Of a stretch of DNA of 64,000 nucleotides, positions 40,528 through 54,054 are shown piece by piece. The stretch's first letter is position 1. Each line of letters opens with the position of its first letter. Under the pieces are notes generated by a model, which searched no databases, had not been told where the DNA came from, and saw only the letters and a program-made list of their open reading frames with translations. A program made the translations under genes and the position numbers. The DNA comes from Octopus vulgaris (lineage: Eukaryota): positions 2,790,001-2,854,000 of the forward strand of contig OX597838.1 of the NCBI GenBank assembly GCA_951406725.2, read 5' to 3'.

Positions 40528-41160
40528 TTTCAGCGGTCATAACCTCAATATACCAGGGCGTCACGCGCAGGAAGGGCCGAAATGGTGTCTATGTCAACTA
40601 GCGACTACATAAGCATCTGAATACAATGTTTCGTCAAGTTTGGATTTAAAATGAAATGGCACCGCAAGTTCCAAGACTGAAGAAGAACTCTGAAATTTGT
40701 TCACAAACATGGCTGACCACATTGTCCAACTGGGGGGAGGAGGAGAATGTGGGAATAGGTAGAGGGGTGAGATAAAGTGGTGTATCACAGCCACTATTGA
40801 TTAATGTAACAGTATTGATCAGTTATACATTGATATCGATCTGTGTAAGAGTATCAATAACTATAGGAGTGTTCATTGATCATTATAACATTGGTATCTA
40901 TCAATGTAAACGGCATTGATCACTCAAACATTATTGATATCCTTTTTTAGTCCTACATTGGTAAACTATTGGTGGGTTTTTCTTGGGTTTTTTTCTGATT
41001 GTTTTATTATAAAAGTCATCCCTGGTTTTCCATCATCCTCATCATCCTCATCATGACCTTCATCATCATCAGCAGCAGCAGCGGCAGCAGTAGCAGCATC
41101 AAATTCAGTTGAAAACTATAATTTTTTTATTAATGAAATTATACTTTTAACCAACACTCT

Positions 41161-41220
<60 letters not shown>

Positions 41221-41372
41221 ATGTGTGCGTGTGTGTGTGTAATTGTCTATCTATACATATTCATCTATCTATCTATCTATATAGATAGATATATAGATAA
41301 ATAGATAGTTATAGATATATAGATATAAATATATGTATATATATATGTGTGTATGCGTATGTATGTATATGC

Positions 41373-41409
<37 letters not shown>

Positions 41410-42234
41410 CATATATACTCACATATGCACATATATATATATATACAGGCACGTACACATACACATACGGGCGCGTGCGCGCATACACATACACATACAC
41501 ACACGCACACACATTCATACCCAATGATGTGTTTGCCGTCCCGTCTCCTTCTCTCCGCCATTCCGTGTGTTGTTAGACAAGATGTGAGGAGGTGGACGAA
41601 GAAGACTCCGCCATCTCAACAGAAGCCATTTTCTAGTTTATCTCGTTTGGATATTTACTTTGCTTTTGTTATTTTTTCTTCATTTGTTATTTGTTGTTTT
41701 GTTTTTTTTGTTTTGTCTTTTTAACTGACTGACCAGTAGATTAGCTGACAACACCAACAGTAAAATTAATTCAATGGACCTCACACTGTATTAGCCTCAA
41801 CACCTAAACAATTCACCTCTCGTTGCTCTCCTCTTTAACCAGTCACCTTACTCTCCCACACATCAACATCTCTTTTTTATCCGTCTCTCTTTCTCATCAG
41901 CCTCTTTTTTTTCGTTCTTTCTCTCTATTTCTTTTATTCACTCTGTGTCCTGCACTCTCTTTCTCTCTCTCTCACTCTCTCTCACTCTCTCACTCTCTCT
42001 CTCTCTCTCTCTCTCACTTTTTCTCTCGTTTTCTGTTTCTACCTCTCTTTCACTCATTCGTCTCTCTTTTCCGTTCTTTCTCTCCCAATCTCTTTCTCTC
42101 CTCCTCCTATCTCTCTCTCTATCTATCTATCTCTCGGTCTATCTATCTCATTTTAAACATCAATCACCGAACAAGTCCCTCTCACCTTCCTCTCCTTAAG
42201 TCCACTGCCCTCCGGTGACTTTACACACACACAT

Positions 42235-42273
<39 letters not shown>

Positions 42274-42495
42274 AGACACAGGCACACATATTCACTGTCA
42301 GAACCAAACAGAAACTGAAACACAAACACACGCGCATGCGCGCACATAAACACAAACACAGACATACGCCCCCTCGCGTTCCACTCCCCATGTACCACCC
42401 AATCACAGAGATAAACGTTAGTCTATATTTAGACCCCCTCCTGGGGCTGGCCATTTCATGATTCTCTTCATTACTGAACTTCTTTCGGATACTTG

Positions 42496-42528
<33 letters not shown>

Positions 42529-42682
42529 CTTCTTCTTCTTCTTCTTCTTCTTCTTCTTCTTCTTCTTCTTCTTCTTCTTCTTCTTCTTCTTCTTCTTGTG
42601 ATTAGTCTTGTTGTTGTTGCTCTTGTCAGAATTATTGCTTTCACTTGCCTTATTTTTATGTTCTTGTGTCAGTATTTTGTAG

Positions 42683-42748
<66 letters not shown>

Positions 42749-42750
<2 letters not shown>

Positions 42751-43575
42751 GGCGGTCAGCTAGCAGAATCGTTAGCGTGTTGGACGTGATGCTTAGTGGT
42801 ATTTCGCCCGTCGCTACGTTCTGAGTTCAAATTCCACTGAGGTCGACTTTGCTTTTCATCTTTCGGAGTCAATAAATTACGTACCAGTTGTGTACTGGTG
42901 TCGATCTAATCGACTGACCCCCCCTCCCTCAAGAATTTCAGGTTTTGTGCCTCTAGTTGAAATGATTATCAAAAAGCGTCGAGATGGCAGAATTGTTAGT
43001 ACGCCGGACGAAATGCTTAGCGGTTTTTCGTCGGTCTTTACGTTCTGAGTTCAAATTCCGCTGAGGCCGACTTTGCCTGTTAGCCCTTCGCGGTCGATAA
43101 ATCAAGGACCAGTCAAGTACTAGGCCCAATGCGATCGACTTACCCCCTCCCCCAAGATTTCAGGTTTTGTGCCAATTGTAGGAAAAGGCTGTGAGCTGAC
43201 AGAATCGTTAGCACGCCGGACGAAATGCTTAGCGGTTTTTCGTCCGTCTTTATGTTCTGAGTTCAAATTCCTCCATGGTCGACTTTGCCTTTCCTCTAAA
43301 ATGCTGGCCTTGTGCGTTGGTTTGTCTATGTCCCTGTTACTTATTAAAAGCCATTATTATTTAAAGGATACGGGCTGGCAGAATCGTTAGCACACCAGAC
43401 AAAATGTTTTGCAGCATTTCGCCCGTCTTTACGTTCAAATTCCGCCAAGTCGATCTTGCCTTCCATCATTTGGGGATCGATAAAATAAATACCAGTTGAA
43501 CACCGGAGTTGATGAAATCGATTAGACCCCCTCCCCACAAATTGCAGGCACTGTGCCAAATTTCGAAACCGTTAT
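42749..43575 (+). mobile_element. Head-to-tail array of four SINE family B units
   Basis: The head ...GCAGAATCGTTAGC...AAATGCTTAG recurs at about 42749, 42972, 43186 and 43364. Confidence 0.88.
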
Positions 43576-43625
43576 TGTTGTGATTATTGTTGCTGTTGCC
43601 GTTACTGCCACTGCTGCTATTGACA

Positions 43626-43694
<69 letters not shown>

Positions 43695-44504
43695 CATGTA
43701 ATCTGTATAATTGTATCAATAGAAAGAAAGAAAGAAAGAAAAATTTGTGAGGGCGAGAGAAAATGTTGATGGAAGACAAGGAGCGCAACGCAAGAAGAAG
43801 AAGAAGAAGAAGGGTGGAGGGAGAGAAAGAAATATGAATTTGTGATATTACTTAACGATTGCATATGAGGGAGTAGAAGTGGGAGATGGTGTTGTATTAT
43901 TGTGAGGATACAGGTTATTACAGGGATAATAATACAGATTATAATGATGATAATTAACTCTTCACTGAAACACGCGATGGCAGACAACTTCCTGTCGACG
44001 CCATATTGGAGCTCACGTTGAATGAAAGAAAAGAAAACAGAACCGAAAACACTTGATCGGCGTTTCCTCTACGACTATAAAATTATTTGTTCCAAGACTG
44101 AGGTTTAGAAAATGGAAGAAGACCGGCCGAGTTTTGGTATCGTTGCCGTTTTTTAACGCTTTTTTATGTTGGTAAAATTCTTTATTTTCTCGGTTTTTGT
44201 CGATTTTTTCGTTAGAAATTTAAGTTTTAAAAAATATTAGAACTTTTTTCTTTATGTTAGAGTTTTCTCTCGTGTTTTTTTTTTATGTTGGAATTTTGTA
44301 GTCGTCGTTGCTTCAGTTTTTTGCCATTTATTTTCTTCTACTACAAAAACATTTTTCTATTCTTTCGTTATTATTTTAACGTTTCTCTTTTTTGTTACGT
44401 ATCCTGGACTTTTTTTTTATTTTTAGTAATTTTTGCGTTGCAATATATTTGGGTTTTGACAAGAATCGAACATAGGAGTTCTTTTATACATTTTGTATTC
44501 TTCA

Positions 44505-44683
44505 TCTTTTCTTTCACTTGTATTTGTCATTGAACTGCGGCGATGCTGGAGCTCCGCCTTAAAGGGGTTTTGCCGAATGATAGACACAAGTTACTTCATA
44601 AAGCCTGGCACTTATATTGTCGATCATTTTGCGGAAACATAAACAAACCAACAGTGGCTATCCAGTGTGGTGGGGAACAAATG

Positions 44684-44726
<43 letters not shown>

Positions 44727-44835
44727 TATATGTATGTGTGTGTGCGTGTGTGTGTGTGGGGGTACGGTGGTTTCCTCTCAGTTTCCTTCAACCAAATCCG
44801 CTAAAAAGCCCATCGTCGACCCGGTGCTATCGTAG
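44505..44835 (-). mobile_element. SINE family A, old copy
   Basis: GTCATTGAACTGCGGCGATGCTGGAGCTCCGCCTT...CAGTTTCC...ACCAAATCC. Confidence 0.7.
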
Positions 44836-45935
44836 TATTATTGTTCTCATGTTTATTTAGCTGCGTTCTACGTTCCTTGCGTTGCATGGATTCTTACGTT
44901 TTCCCGATTCCTTCCCATTATTAAGCCGCAGTGATTGAGCTCCTAACGTTAAAATTCTTCAATTCTTACATTTGGAAATTTCCAGTTCTTTCACTGGTGT
45001 GCTTCAGAGTTAACATTTCAAACGGGTGACATTTTACAACAAACATAAGTGTACATCTTTTCCCTCTATTATGTTTTCCTTGTTCCAATCATTGGACTGC
45101 AGCCATGCAATAAATCAACTCCACCCATTATCTTTTAAGTCGGGCACTTATTTTTATGGGTCTCTTTTGCCGCGCTGCTAAGTTAAGAGCATGTAATCAC
45201 TCTGAATTGATAAAATGGTAATCTTTACGGTCGGACATTCTAACTTCTTCGCTTTTCTGTCTTGGCAATGATTCCAGCTGCCGCATGCCCCCACATCACC
45301 CTAGCCCTGTCAACCAATTTCTTTGGCGAAAGAACTCTGGGAGGAAAGGGAAGCTAAATGCTCGATCATTAATAGGTGACAAATATGTATCGATATATCG
45401 ATATATTGACAAGGTAGTAGGTTTCTTCTTGTTGCTCTTGTTGTGCGGTTTTGTCACGTGCTTGTAAACCGGATGAAGTGGTGCCAACTCGAAGAAAAGA
45501 CCAAGAAAAACAAACATCACGAATCAAAACGAAAAGAAAACCGCTCCTTATTGACACTCTGTGTTTTATTAATTGCTCTAGAGGTTTGTGAGTGTGTTTT
45601 TTACGACGTTCCATCGTTTTAGGTGTTGTTTACTTATTTGTTTGTTTTACTTGGATTTCATTTTCTTTTGTTTTCTTCATGTCTCAGTGGCTTGCTGTGT
45701 TTCAATAACACCGTTTCTTTCTCTGTCACTGTCTCCCTCTCTCTCTCTTTCTCTGTCTTTCACTTTCTCGCTCTCTATCTCTTACGCTCTTGTTGTTTAC
45801 CTTTCTCTCTACATATGGTAATGTGTGTGTGAGAGTTCATGTGTCTATGTGTGTGTGTGCGTGCGTTTCTGTCTGTCCTTTTCTAACTTCCCATATATAT
45901 ATATATGCATGTCTGTATGTATGTATGTATGTATG

Positions 45936-46024
<89 letters not shown>

Positions 46025-46045
46025 GTATGTATGTATGTCTGAGTG

Positions 46046-46076
<31 letters not shown>

Positions 46077-46211
46077 ATATGTATATATATATACAAACAC
46101 AGACACAAACACTCAAAAATATATAGCTAGGTATTTACCTATCTATCGATCCATATATTTACTTATCTGTACGTCAATCTATCAACCAATTTATTTATCT
46201 ATCTATCTCTT

Positions 46212-46249
<38 letters not shown>

Positions 46250-46621
46250 TCTCTCTCCCACTCTCTCTCTCTCTCTTTCTCTCTCTCTCAAACTCACAAA
46301 CAAACTAACAAGCCAACTAGTCAGCTATTTCTCTGCATCATCCTCTTGCTTTCATCTTTACTTCTTGTTCATCCATTTTTCTCCTTTTCTCTCTCTTTCA
46401 GACTCTCCATCAAAATCTCATTCAGCTTCCAGTCATCTCATTATTCGCCGTTTATTCTTTTAACCCCTTCCCCACCTTTCTCGCCATTTCTTTCTCCATC
46501 TTTATCTCCCAAGTTTTATTTCTCTTCTCCTTTGCTTTCTTTCTGCCTCTCTGCTTCATTATTTCTTTATCCTCTTCTTCTTTGTCTATTTCTCAGTCCC
46601 ACCCAATATACCCTTAGCTTT

Positions 46622-47027
46622 AAGGCGACGAGCTGGCAGAACCGTCAGCATGCCGGACGAAATGCTTAGCGGTATTTCGTCTGTCATTATGCTCTGAGTT
46701 CAAATTCCGCCGAGGTCGACTTTGCATTTCATCCTTTCGAGGTCGATTAAATAAGTACCAGTTACGCACTGGGGTCGATATAATCGACTTAATCCCTTTG
46801 TCTGTCCTTGTTTGTCCCCTCTGTGTTTAGCCCCTTGTGGGTAGTAAAGAAATAGGTATTTCGTCTGCCGTTACGCTCTGAGTTCAAATTCCATCGAGGT
46901 CGACTTTGCCTTCCATCCTTTCGGGATCGATAGATTAAGTACCAGTTGCGTACTGGGGTCGATCTAATCGACTGACCCCCTCCCCAAAAATTTCGCGACT
47001 TGTGCTTAGATTAGACAAAAAAGAATA
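46622..47027 (+). mobile_element. SINE family B dimer
   Basis: Same two-unit structure as 35653-36052; second unit from about 46856. Confidence 0.92.
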
Positions 47028-47294
47028 AACCCTTAGCTTTATCTCTCTTTTCCCTTCTTTCTGTCCCTAAATCCAACCCTTTCTCTCGCTCCTGCTCTCT
47101 CTCTCTTTCTCTTCCCCCTCTCTCTCTCACTCTCTCTCTCTCTCCCTCTCTCTTACACACACACACACATTTATACACATACACAGAGAGTTTCTTTATC
47201 GCCGTTTCCCTGTCTCTTTGTTTCTCAATCTCTCTATGTCCATGGCATTATCTTCATTCCCTTCACTCTATCTCTAACCCCCATCTCTTTCCCC

Positions 47295-47344
<50 letters not shown>

Positions 47345-48589
47345 TTCTCTCCATCTCTCTTCTCCTTTATCTCTCTGTTTCTCTTTTCTTGAAAATTTTA
47401 TTTAAACGGTTGCACAAAGTTTGACACTCAACAAGAAATAATCGACAAATAACATTTACGGCAAAAGCAGCAGCAGCAGCAGTAACAGCCACCATCACCA
47501 CGACCACGACCATAACCCTCAGCACCCCCCCACCACCACCACCACCACCACCACCAGTAGTAAAGAAAGAAGTACAAGGACAATAAACCAAGAGCAACAA
47601 TTGCGAACTATTTTTCATTCTCTCACGTCGAGTAAAAAAAAATATCAAACGGGGAAAAAGAAAAAAATGTGTGTGTGTGTGAGTGTGTGTGTGTGTGTGC
47701 GTGTGTGTGTATGTGCGTGTGTATGCGTGTGTGTGTGTGTGTGTGTGTGTGTTTGTAAAATAAACAAGAACAATGAAAAATACAAACAACAAAACAATAA
47801 AATATTTACGAAAAAAATACAATACAAAAACAAAAATCACTTCATGCTAAAATAAAAAACAAAAACAATGATAAAACTTTTAACAACAAAACACAAACAA
47901 TAAACAAACACGAACAACAAAAACAAAGAACAAACGGTAAACAAACATTGACGTCAAGGTGTCAACAAGCAGCGTTCATGAATTTCTTATCGGAGTCTCT
48001 TTTGTTTTGATTTTTTGTTAAGATTTTCGCTGTCAAAATGGCCGCTAAGTTACCGCTCTCCGGTGCAGCCGAGTGGCGTTAATACAATTCTGCCAAATTC
48101 CTACAGAATCGATGCTGTTTTGGTTACACCCCTCGACACAAAACTCTATCAATACATTCCTTTCTTTGTTGTTATTTCTATTATTTATTGTTCTGGTTGT
48201 TGTTATTGTTGTTGTTTTCTTTCTTTCTTTCTCTCTCTTTCTCTTTCTTCTCCGCACCCCCCCCCTTGCTTCGTTCTGCGATTGTTCACACAAAGAAGAC
48301 AATTTCAATCACTTTTCTTTCCTTCCAACTCTTCGCTGCGATTCTACCATCGTTGCTGACGACATTTTAAACTCTGTCCTTCCCCTCTCTCTCTCTCTCT
48401 CTCTCTTTCTCTCGCTATTCATCTATCTCTCTCCTTCTCCCTCTTTTTCTCTCCCTGTCACCCCGCTCTCCTCTCTCCTCTTCCCGCCGCTCTCTTTTCC
48501 TAACGCAACACTTACCAATGCTATTCTTCATAACTCGATGACAGTTCTGTCACTTCGTTTTAAAACATTTACTCGCAACGTACGAACCT

Positions 48590-48998
48590 TTAAATGGCTA
48601 ATCACTCAGCTAGATATAACAACCAAAGCCTCCTCAAACTACACCTTTACGCTCTTGAATAAAGAAGGATACATCAAGTCTTAGATGTTCTTTATACGAC
48701 AGGGTGGTCACAGTCGAAATGTCCTTCAGAGCACGTTCCCATCACTCAGGGTTGGCCTGAGTTTAAACAACAACAACGACAACAACTTCTTCACAAGAAT
48801 GAGCTTGTACTCGACTTGCTAGAAATAGTAACTAGCTCTCCCCCAAAGCAATCCCTCCAATCATGGAAAGACGATGCTTTTTTATAATGTTGTAGAAGTT
48901 ATACTACTCCTGAACATAAAGGTCATAGCTGGAACGCCGTTGATCATAGATCTGCTCGATCTGGACTAACCTGGGGCTCAACAACAACAACAACAACA
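48590..48998 (+). mobile_element. Two tandem copies of an (AAC)n-tailed short retroposon (family E)
   Basis: GCTAGAAATAG...GGTCATAGCTGGAACGCCGTTGATCATAGATCTGCTCGATCTGGACTAACCTGGGGCT-(CAA)n, with an older copy at 48590-48785. Related tails occur at 61545-61582 and 61692-61722 (minus). Confidence 0.65.
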
Positions 48999-49211
48999 AA
49001 AATAACTTCTTCCACATTCACTTTTATGGTGAATGTTCCAACATGGCCGCAGTAAAACAAGTAAAAGAATACATACATACATACATACATACATACATAC
49101 ATACATACATACATACATACATACATACATACATACATACATACATACATAGTTTACTCTTCCGCTACAGGTGCTCTGTCGAGTGAGAGAAAAATAATCA
49201 ATATACATATT

Positions 49212-49312
49212 AAGGCGGCGAGCTGGCAGAAACGTTAGCACGCCGGGCGAAATGCTTTACGGTATTTCGTCTGCCGCTACGTTCTGAGTTCAAATTCCAC
49301 CGAGGTCGACAT
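49212..49312 (+). mobile_element. SINE family B, 3'-truncated
   Basis: AAGGCGGCGAGCTGGCAGAAACGTTAGC...GAGTTCAAATTCCACCGAGGTCGAC. Confidence 0.9.
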
Positions 49313-49468
49313 TTAATATACACAATTTATAAAAGAACTACGAGTTTCATACTGCAGAGATACGATAATTTGGCACATTCATATATCTATCTATCCATAT
49401 ATATATATATATATATATACAGAGCAGGGATAAGAAATTACAAAGGAAATTATATCATGAGGTTCATC

Positions 49469-49546
49469 AGCTTACAGCTGTTTCGGCTATAATATGCATT
49501 GCACTCATAGTTGGATGCTTGTGTATCACCTATCATCTTCGAAGCT
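49469..49546 (-). ncRNA. Degenerate type I hammerhead motif
   Basis: Minus strand: AGCT-TCGAAGA...TATAGCC-GAAA-CAGCTG-TA-AGCT. Helix I AGCT/AGCT and palindromic helix III are intact; the core and helix II are mutated. Confidence 0.4.
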
Positions 49547-49549
49547 TCG

Positions 49550-49591
<42 letters not shown>

Positions 49592-49981
49592 ACACACACA
49601 CCTTCAATAAATCAATGACTGCCATGCGTGCATGAAATAGTTCTATATAAATGGTTGGGTCACTTGTGAGGAACTGACCTCTGTGTTTCATATCAAATGG
49701 TAAGATTAATTTGACAGAATCTATAATTCTTCAGCTTTTACAGGTCAGAGACTACAAACCAAACTTAGGATGGGTGAAGTGGGGGACGAAGGATCACCAA
49801 GAAATTGAACCCACATCACAGAGTTTTGCTCAACGTAATCACGTAATCTCAAATACCCAAGAGGAATGAAAGAAGACTAAAATAAAAATATATCATTCAA
49901 AGACACATGAGTAGAGGGGGGGGAGTCTTCTGGTTTAGCTCAGTGTATGCATTTATGTTTACGCATGCGTGACTGTATATG

Positions 49982-50063
<82 letters not shown>

Positions 50064-50283
50064 TATATTTATATATGTATATATATATGTATATAAATAT
50101 GTATATATATATGTATATATGTATATATACATGTAAATATATATATATGCATATATATACATATATATATATACATATATATACATATATAAAGGTATAT
50201 GTATATATATATGTAAATATATATGTATATATATGCATATATATACATATATATGTACATATATATATATACATATATATATA

Positions 50284-50364
<81 letters not shown>

Positions 50365-50495
50365 TCGCGTCAATCAATATTTACATGTACACCAATTAAC
50401 CAATTAAGAAAATTCGATTAGTTACGTGAGTCGAATATATAAATATGCATTCACCCACACAAACACATTCATTGATACACTTCTCCACTTATCTG

Positions 50496-50537
<42 letters not shown>

Positions 50538-50694
50538 TTGTGTGTATGAGTGTGTTGTCTATGTGCGTGTGTGTGTGTGAACATGTGCATATGTATGCAT
50601 AAATAAATCCGTACATATGTCAATAAAATCATGTCTATACGTATGCCTGTGTGCGTTTTTGTGCGTGTGTATGTGATTGTGTGTGTGTTTGTGT

Positions 50695-50733
<39 letters not shown>

Positions 50734-51116
50734 CATGCAGGTATTCCTGTATGTTTAATAGGTAGGTGGTGGCAAAAAAGGTGTGGGAGGGGGTTTGGTA
50801 TGTGAGTTGTTAGTGTCTTAAGATGGCGAATAATTGACATGAGCCGCTGCCAACCGCGTAATGTCCAAATATTGAGAAGGAAGTAGAATGGTGGCGAGGA
50901 CGGCGTGGTGGCGGCGGCGGTGGCGCCAGCGATGATGAGGAGGAGGAGGATTATGATGATGGTGATATGACGCTTGTGGCGATGGTGTTGGTGTTGGTGT
51001 TGGTGTTGGTGGTGGAGACGAAGGCGTAAACGATGAATGGTGTGAGATTGTACTGCTTTCACTGCAGTGTGAATAATGATGGTTTATTTTGGTTGCTACT
51101 ACTACTACCACTATAT

Positions 51117-51187
<71 letters not shown>

Positions 51188-51292
51188 TGTAGTAGTAGTA
51201 GTAGTAGTAGTAGTAGCAGTAGTAGCAGCAGCTCAGGAAATTGAAAGCTCTTACATAGTAATATTGTCAAGAGACAGACAAATACCTACAGA

Positions 51293-51352
<60 letters not shown>

Positions 51353-51417
51353 TACATACATACATATATAATATATATATATATATATCTGTACATATAT
51401 ATATATACGTACATATG

Positions 51418-51451
<34 letters not shown>

Positions 51452-51635
51452 TGTTTGTGTATATGTGTATATAGAATCACACACAGAGATTCTACATTAT
51501 AAGGTATCTGGCACGTTGTGAGGTAAACATTACATCAATTTGGCCGAAGTGGTTATATAAACTCTTACATGCATGAAAGAAGACGATTCTATTTAGGAAT
51601 TGAGCACATAAGACAAATATAACTATACATATACA

Positions 51636-51840
51636 TGAGTCGCCATGATAGATCGTTAGCCACTACACACATTATTTTCTCTCTTTGTTTCTCTCCTTGT
51701 TATTTCTGTGTCCCTTTCTGTAGAAGAGCGGAGGCTCGAAACGTAAAAGACTTTTTCTATTCCTGAGCGTTATACTAATACATCTGCTTGTTTTCTACAC
51801 CACCTGTCTTCGTCTTTTGTTCTTTTCGTAAACTCTCCCC
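51636..51840 (+). mobile_element. Short non-coding hammerhead-bearing element (Penelope-like/retrozyme-like)
   Basis: 51714-51749 CTTT-CTGTAGA-A-GAGC-GGAG-GCTC-GAAA-CG-TA-AAAG, followed by CCTGAGCGTTATACTAATACA...CACCTGTCTTCGTCTTTT shared with the 25052 and 52220 copies. Confidence 0.7.
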
Positions 51841-51847
51841 ACACAAA

Positions 51848-51930
<83 letters not shown>

Positions 51931-52123
51931 CATATTTAGAATGGGAACTAGATTCTTCTGTCAACTAAGATTTGATTCCCTATATGCACATTGTCCCTGT
52001 GTGGTGCTGATGTTTAAAAACCTTGAGTCTAATCCGAAAGAACATACGTTTCATACTTTGGATTGCCACTAATATTATCATTTATTATTAATGATAATAT
52101 CCTTATATATTTATACATGTATT

Positions 52124-52219
<96 letters not shown>

Positions 52220-52221
<2 letters not shown>

Positions 52222-52480
52222 CGGGAAGCTTTATGAAAATAGACAAAAGACGAAGGCAGGTGGAAAACAAACGAACAATTGTATTAGTATGGCGCTCAGG
52301 AAATATAAATAAAACAAGTCTTTAACGTTTCGAGCCTACGCTCTTCAACAGAAAGATACACAGAGAGAAAAAAAACACAGAAAGAAGGAGAGAAAAAAAT
52401 GCGTGCAGTAACTAACGAATCAACATGGCGATCTGATTTCGGCCAGAGGTCAAAGATCAAACATGAGACGCGAGAGCGAA
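52220..52480 (-). mobile_element. Short non-coding hammerhead-bearing element, inverted relative to 51636-51840
   Basis: Minus 52356-52319 TCTTT-CTGTTGA-A-GAGC-GTAG-GCTC-GAAA-CG-TT-AAAGA; ends in (TA)n. Confidence 0.7.
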
Positions 52481-52530
52481 ATAAGGGGAGATAATAGGGT
52501 TGATAATAGGGTTGAATGACCCTAGGATAG

Positions 52531-52745
52531 GTCTGGACAGGCGTATGTATGGGGTTGGTGTATGTATTAGTATGTATTAGTATGTATTAGTACGTATTAG
52601 TATGTATATGTGTGTGTGTATGAGAGAGTATAAGTGCGTATGAGGGGTCTGGACGTGTGTATGTATAGGGTTGGTGTATGTATTAGTATGTATTAGTATG
52701 TATTAGTACGTATTAGTATGTATTAGTTGGTGTATGTATTAGTAT
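52531..52745. repeat. Nested minisatellite: 10-bp GTATGTATTA units inside a ~115-bp duplication
   Basis: GGTCTGGAC...GGGTTGGTGTATGTATTAGTATGTATTAGTATGTATTAGTACGTATTAG occurs twice (about 52531 and 52646). Confidence 0.85.
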
Positions 52746-53089
52746 GGCACATCATATATGATGTGATGTGTAAAGTCGTGTGGTGTAGTGAGGAGAAGAG
52801 GGGGAGGGGGAGAAGAGGGGGGAGATATATATATATATATGCATACATATATATATATATGTATACATATATGTATATCATAAAATATCAAATATTATCA
52901 TCGAGTTAGAAAACAGAGAGATCTAATAGATACAAATTAATTTATTCAGCTATAATTGTTTCATTTCACAAACAAAATTAAAATTACAGAACATATATAA
53001 ATATATAATTTTCCATTTTAAATACCTCGTATGAAAAATCATCAGAGTGTACAAAGGACAATACAAGGGTTACATTATGATCTATTTGG

Positions 53090-53189
<100 letters not shown>

Positions 53190-53814
53190 GGCGGTGCGTA
53201 GCAATAGGATTTACTTTATGAAATCGTAAACACTATCTTAGTTCTAGCCTCATCTCAACAAATTTGTTTTGTTTTGTTTTGATTCTCTTGTTTATTCTTT
53301 GTGCGTGTATGTGTCTCTGTGTGTCCGTGTGTGTGTGTGTTTGTGTGTACGTGCATGCATGCGTCGAAATGAACTGTAAAATCCCTAGATCCACCAAAAG
53401 CACTTCTAGACTGTCACAGTCCTATCTTCAGGATAAAATCGTGCTGCTGTGAGTTGCTGCCCCTTTAGTGTAGTTAGGCCCAATTTGATTGGCGTAGACG
53501 TCACTGCCTGAAATTGAATTCTTACATCTTGCCGCGTCTTCAGCCATCGGTTTCTTTTAAATAGCCACTGGAGTAGGGATTATGTGCTTTTATTTTAGCA
53601 TTTTGAGTCCATTTTAAATGTTTATATACACACGAATCGTACATTATACTATATGTGTTTTTATCACAGGTTTAATAGATTATGTATTTGATACTTGAGA
53701 AGTGCTCTAAAACAAAGATATCAGATCCCACACTTAAATACAGAATAGTGTTGCGTGATCTTCATTCTTACTGACTACAGGAAAAGTTTTTAGAAAATAA
53801 TAAATGCGCTCTTT

Positions 53815-54054
53815 TTTAAAGCCTGGCCAGGCTCATGAGCCCGGTTTCCCGGTTTCAAAGGCGTATGTGTTCCCTAGCTGGACGGGACGCCAGTCCATCG
53901 CAGCGTTACTCATTTTTGCCAGCTGAGTGGATTGGAGAAACGTGAAATGGAGTGTTTTACTCAAGAACACAACGCGTCACCCGGTCCAGGAATCGTAACC
54001 ACAATCTTGCGATCATGATGCTGACACCCTAACCACTAAGCCACGCGCCTCCAC
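53815..54054 (-). mobile_element. SINE with family-C-type head and core but a different 3' module
   Basis: Minus strand: GGCGCGTGGCTTAGTGGTTAGGG...TGTTCTTGAGTAAAACACT...CAGCTGGCAAAAATGAG, then GCTGCGATGGACTGGCGTCCCGTCCAGC...GCCTGGCCAGGCTTTAAAAAA. Confidence 0.85.

Noticed and set aside
40783-40805. TATCACAGCCACTATTGAT resembles a mature miR-2 family sequence
   Set aside because: The complementary AGTGGTGT is immediately adjacent, leaving no full star arm or loop, so no ~60-nt precursor hairpin can form.
42331-42343. NRF1-like GCGCATGCGC (also about 17468 and 61126)
   Set aside because: Embedded in decaying (CA)/(TG) repeats, which generate such words by chance.
52421-52429. YY1-type motif AACATGGCG
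   Set aside because: Lies inside a repeat element, so it was excluded from the motif count.
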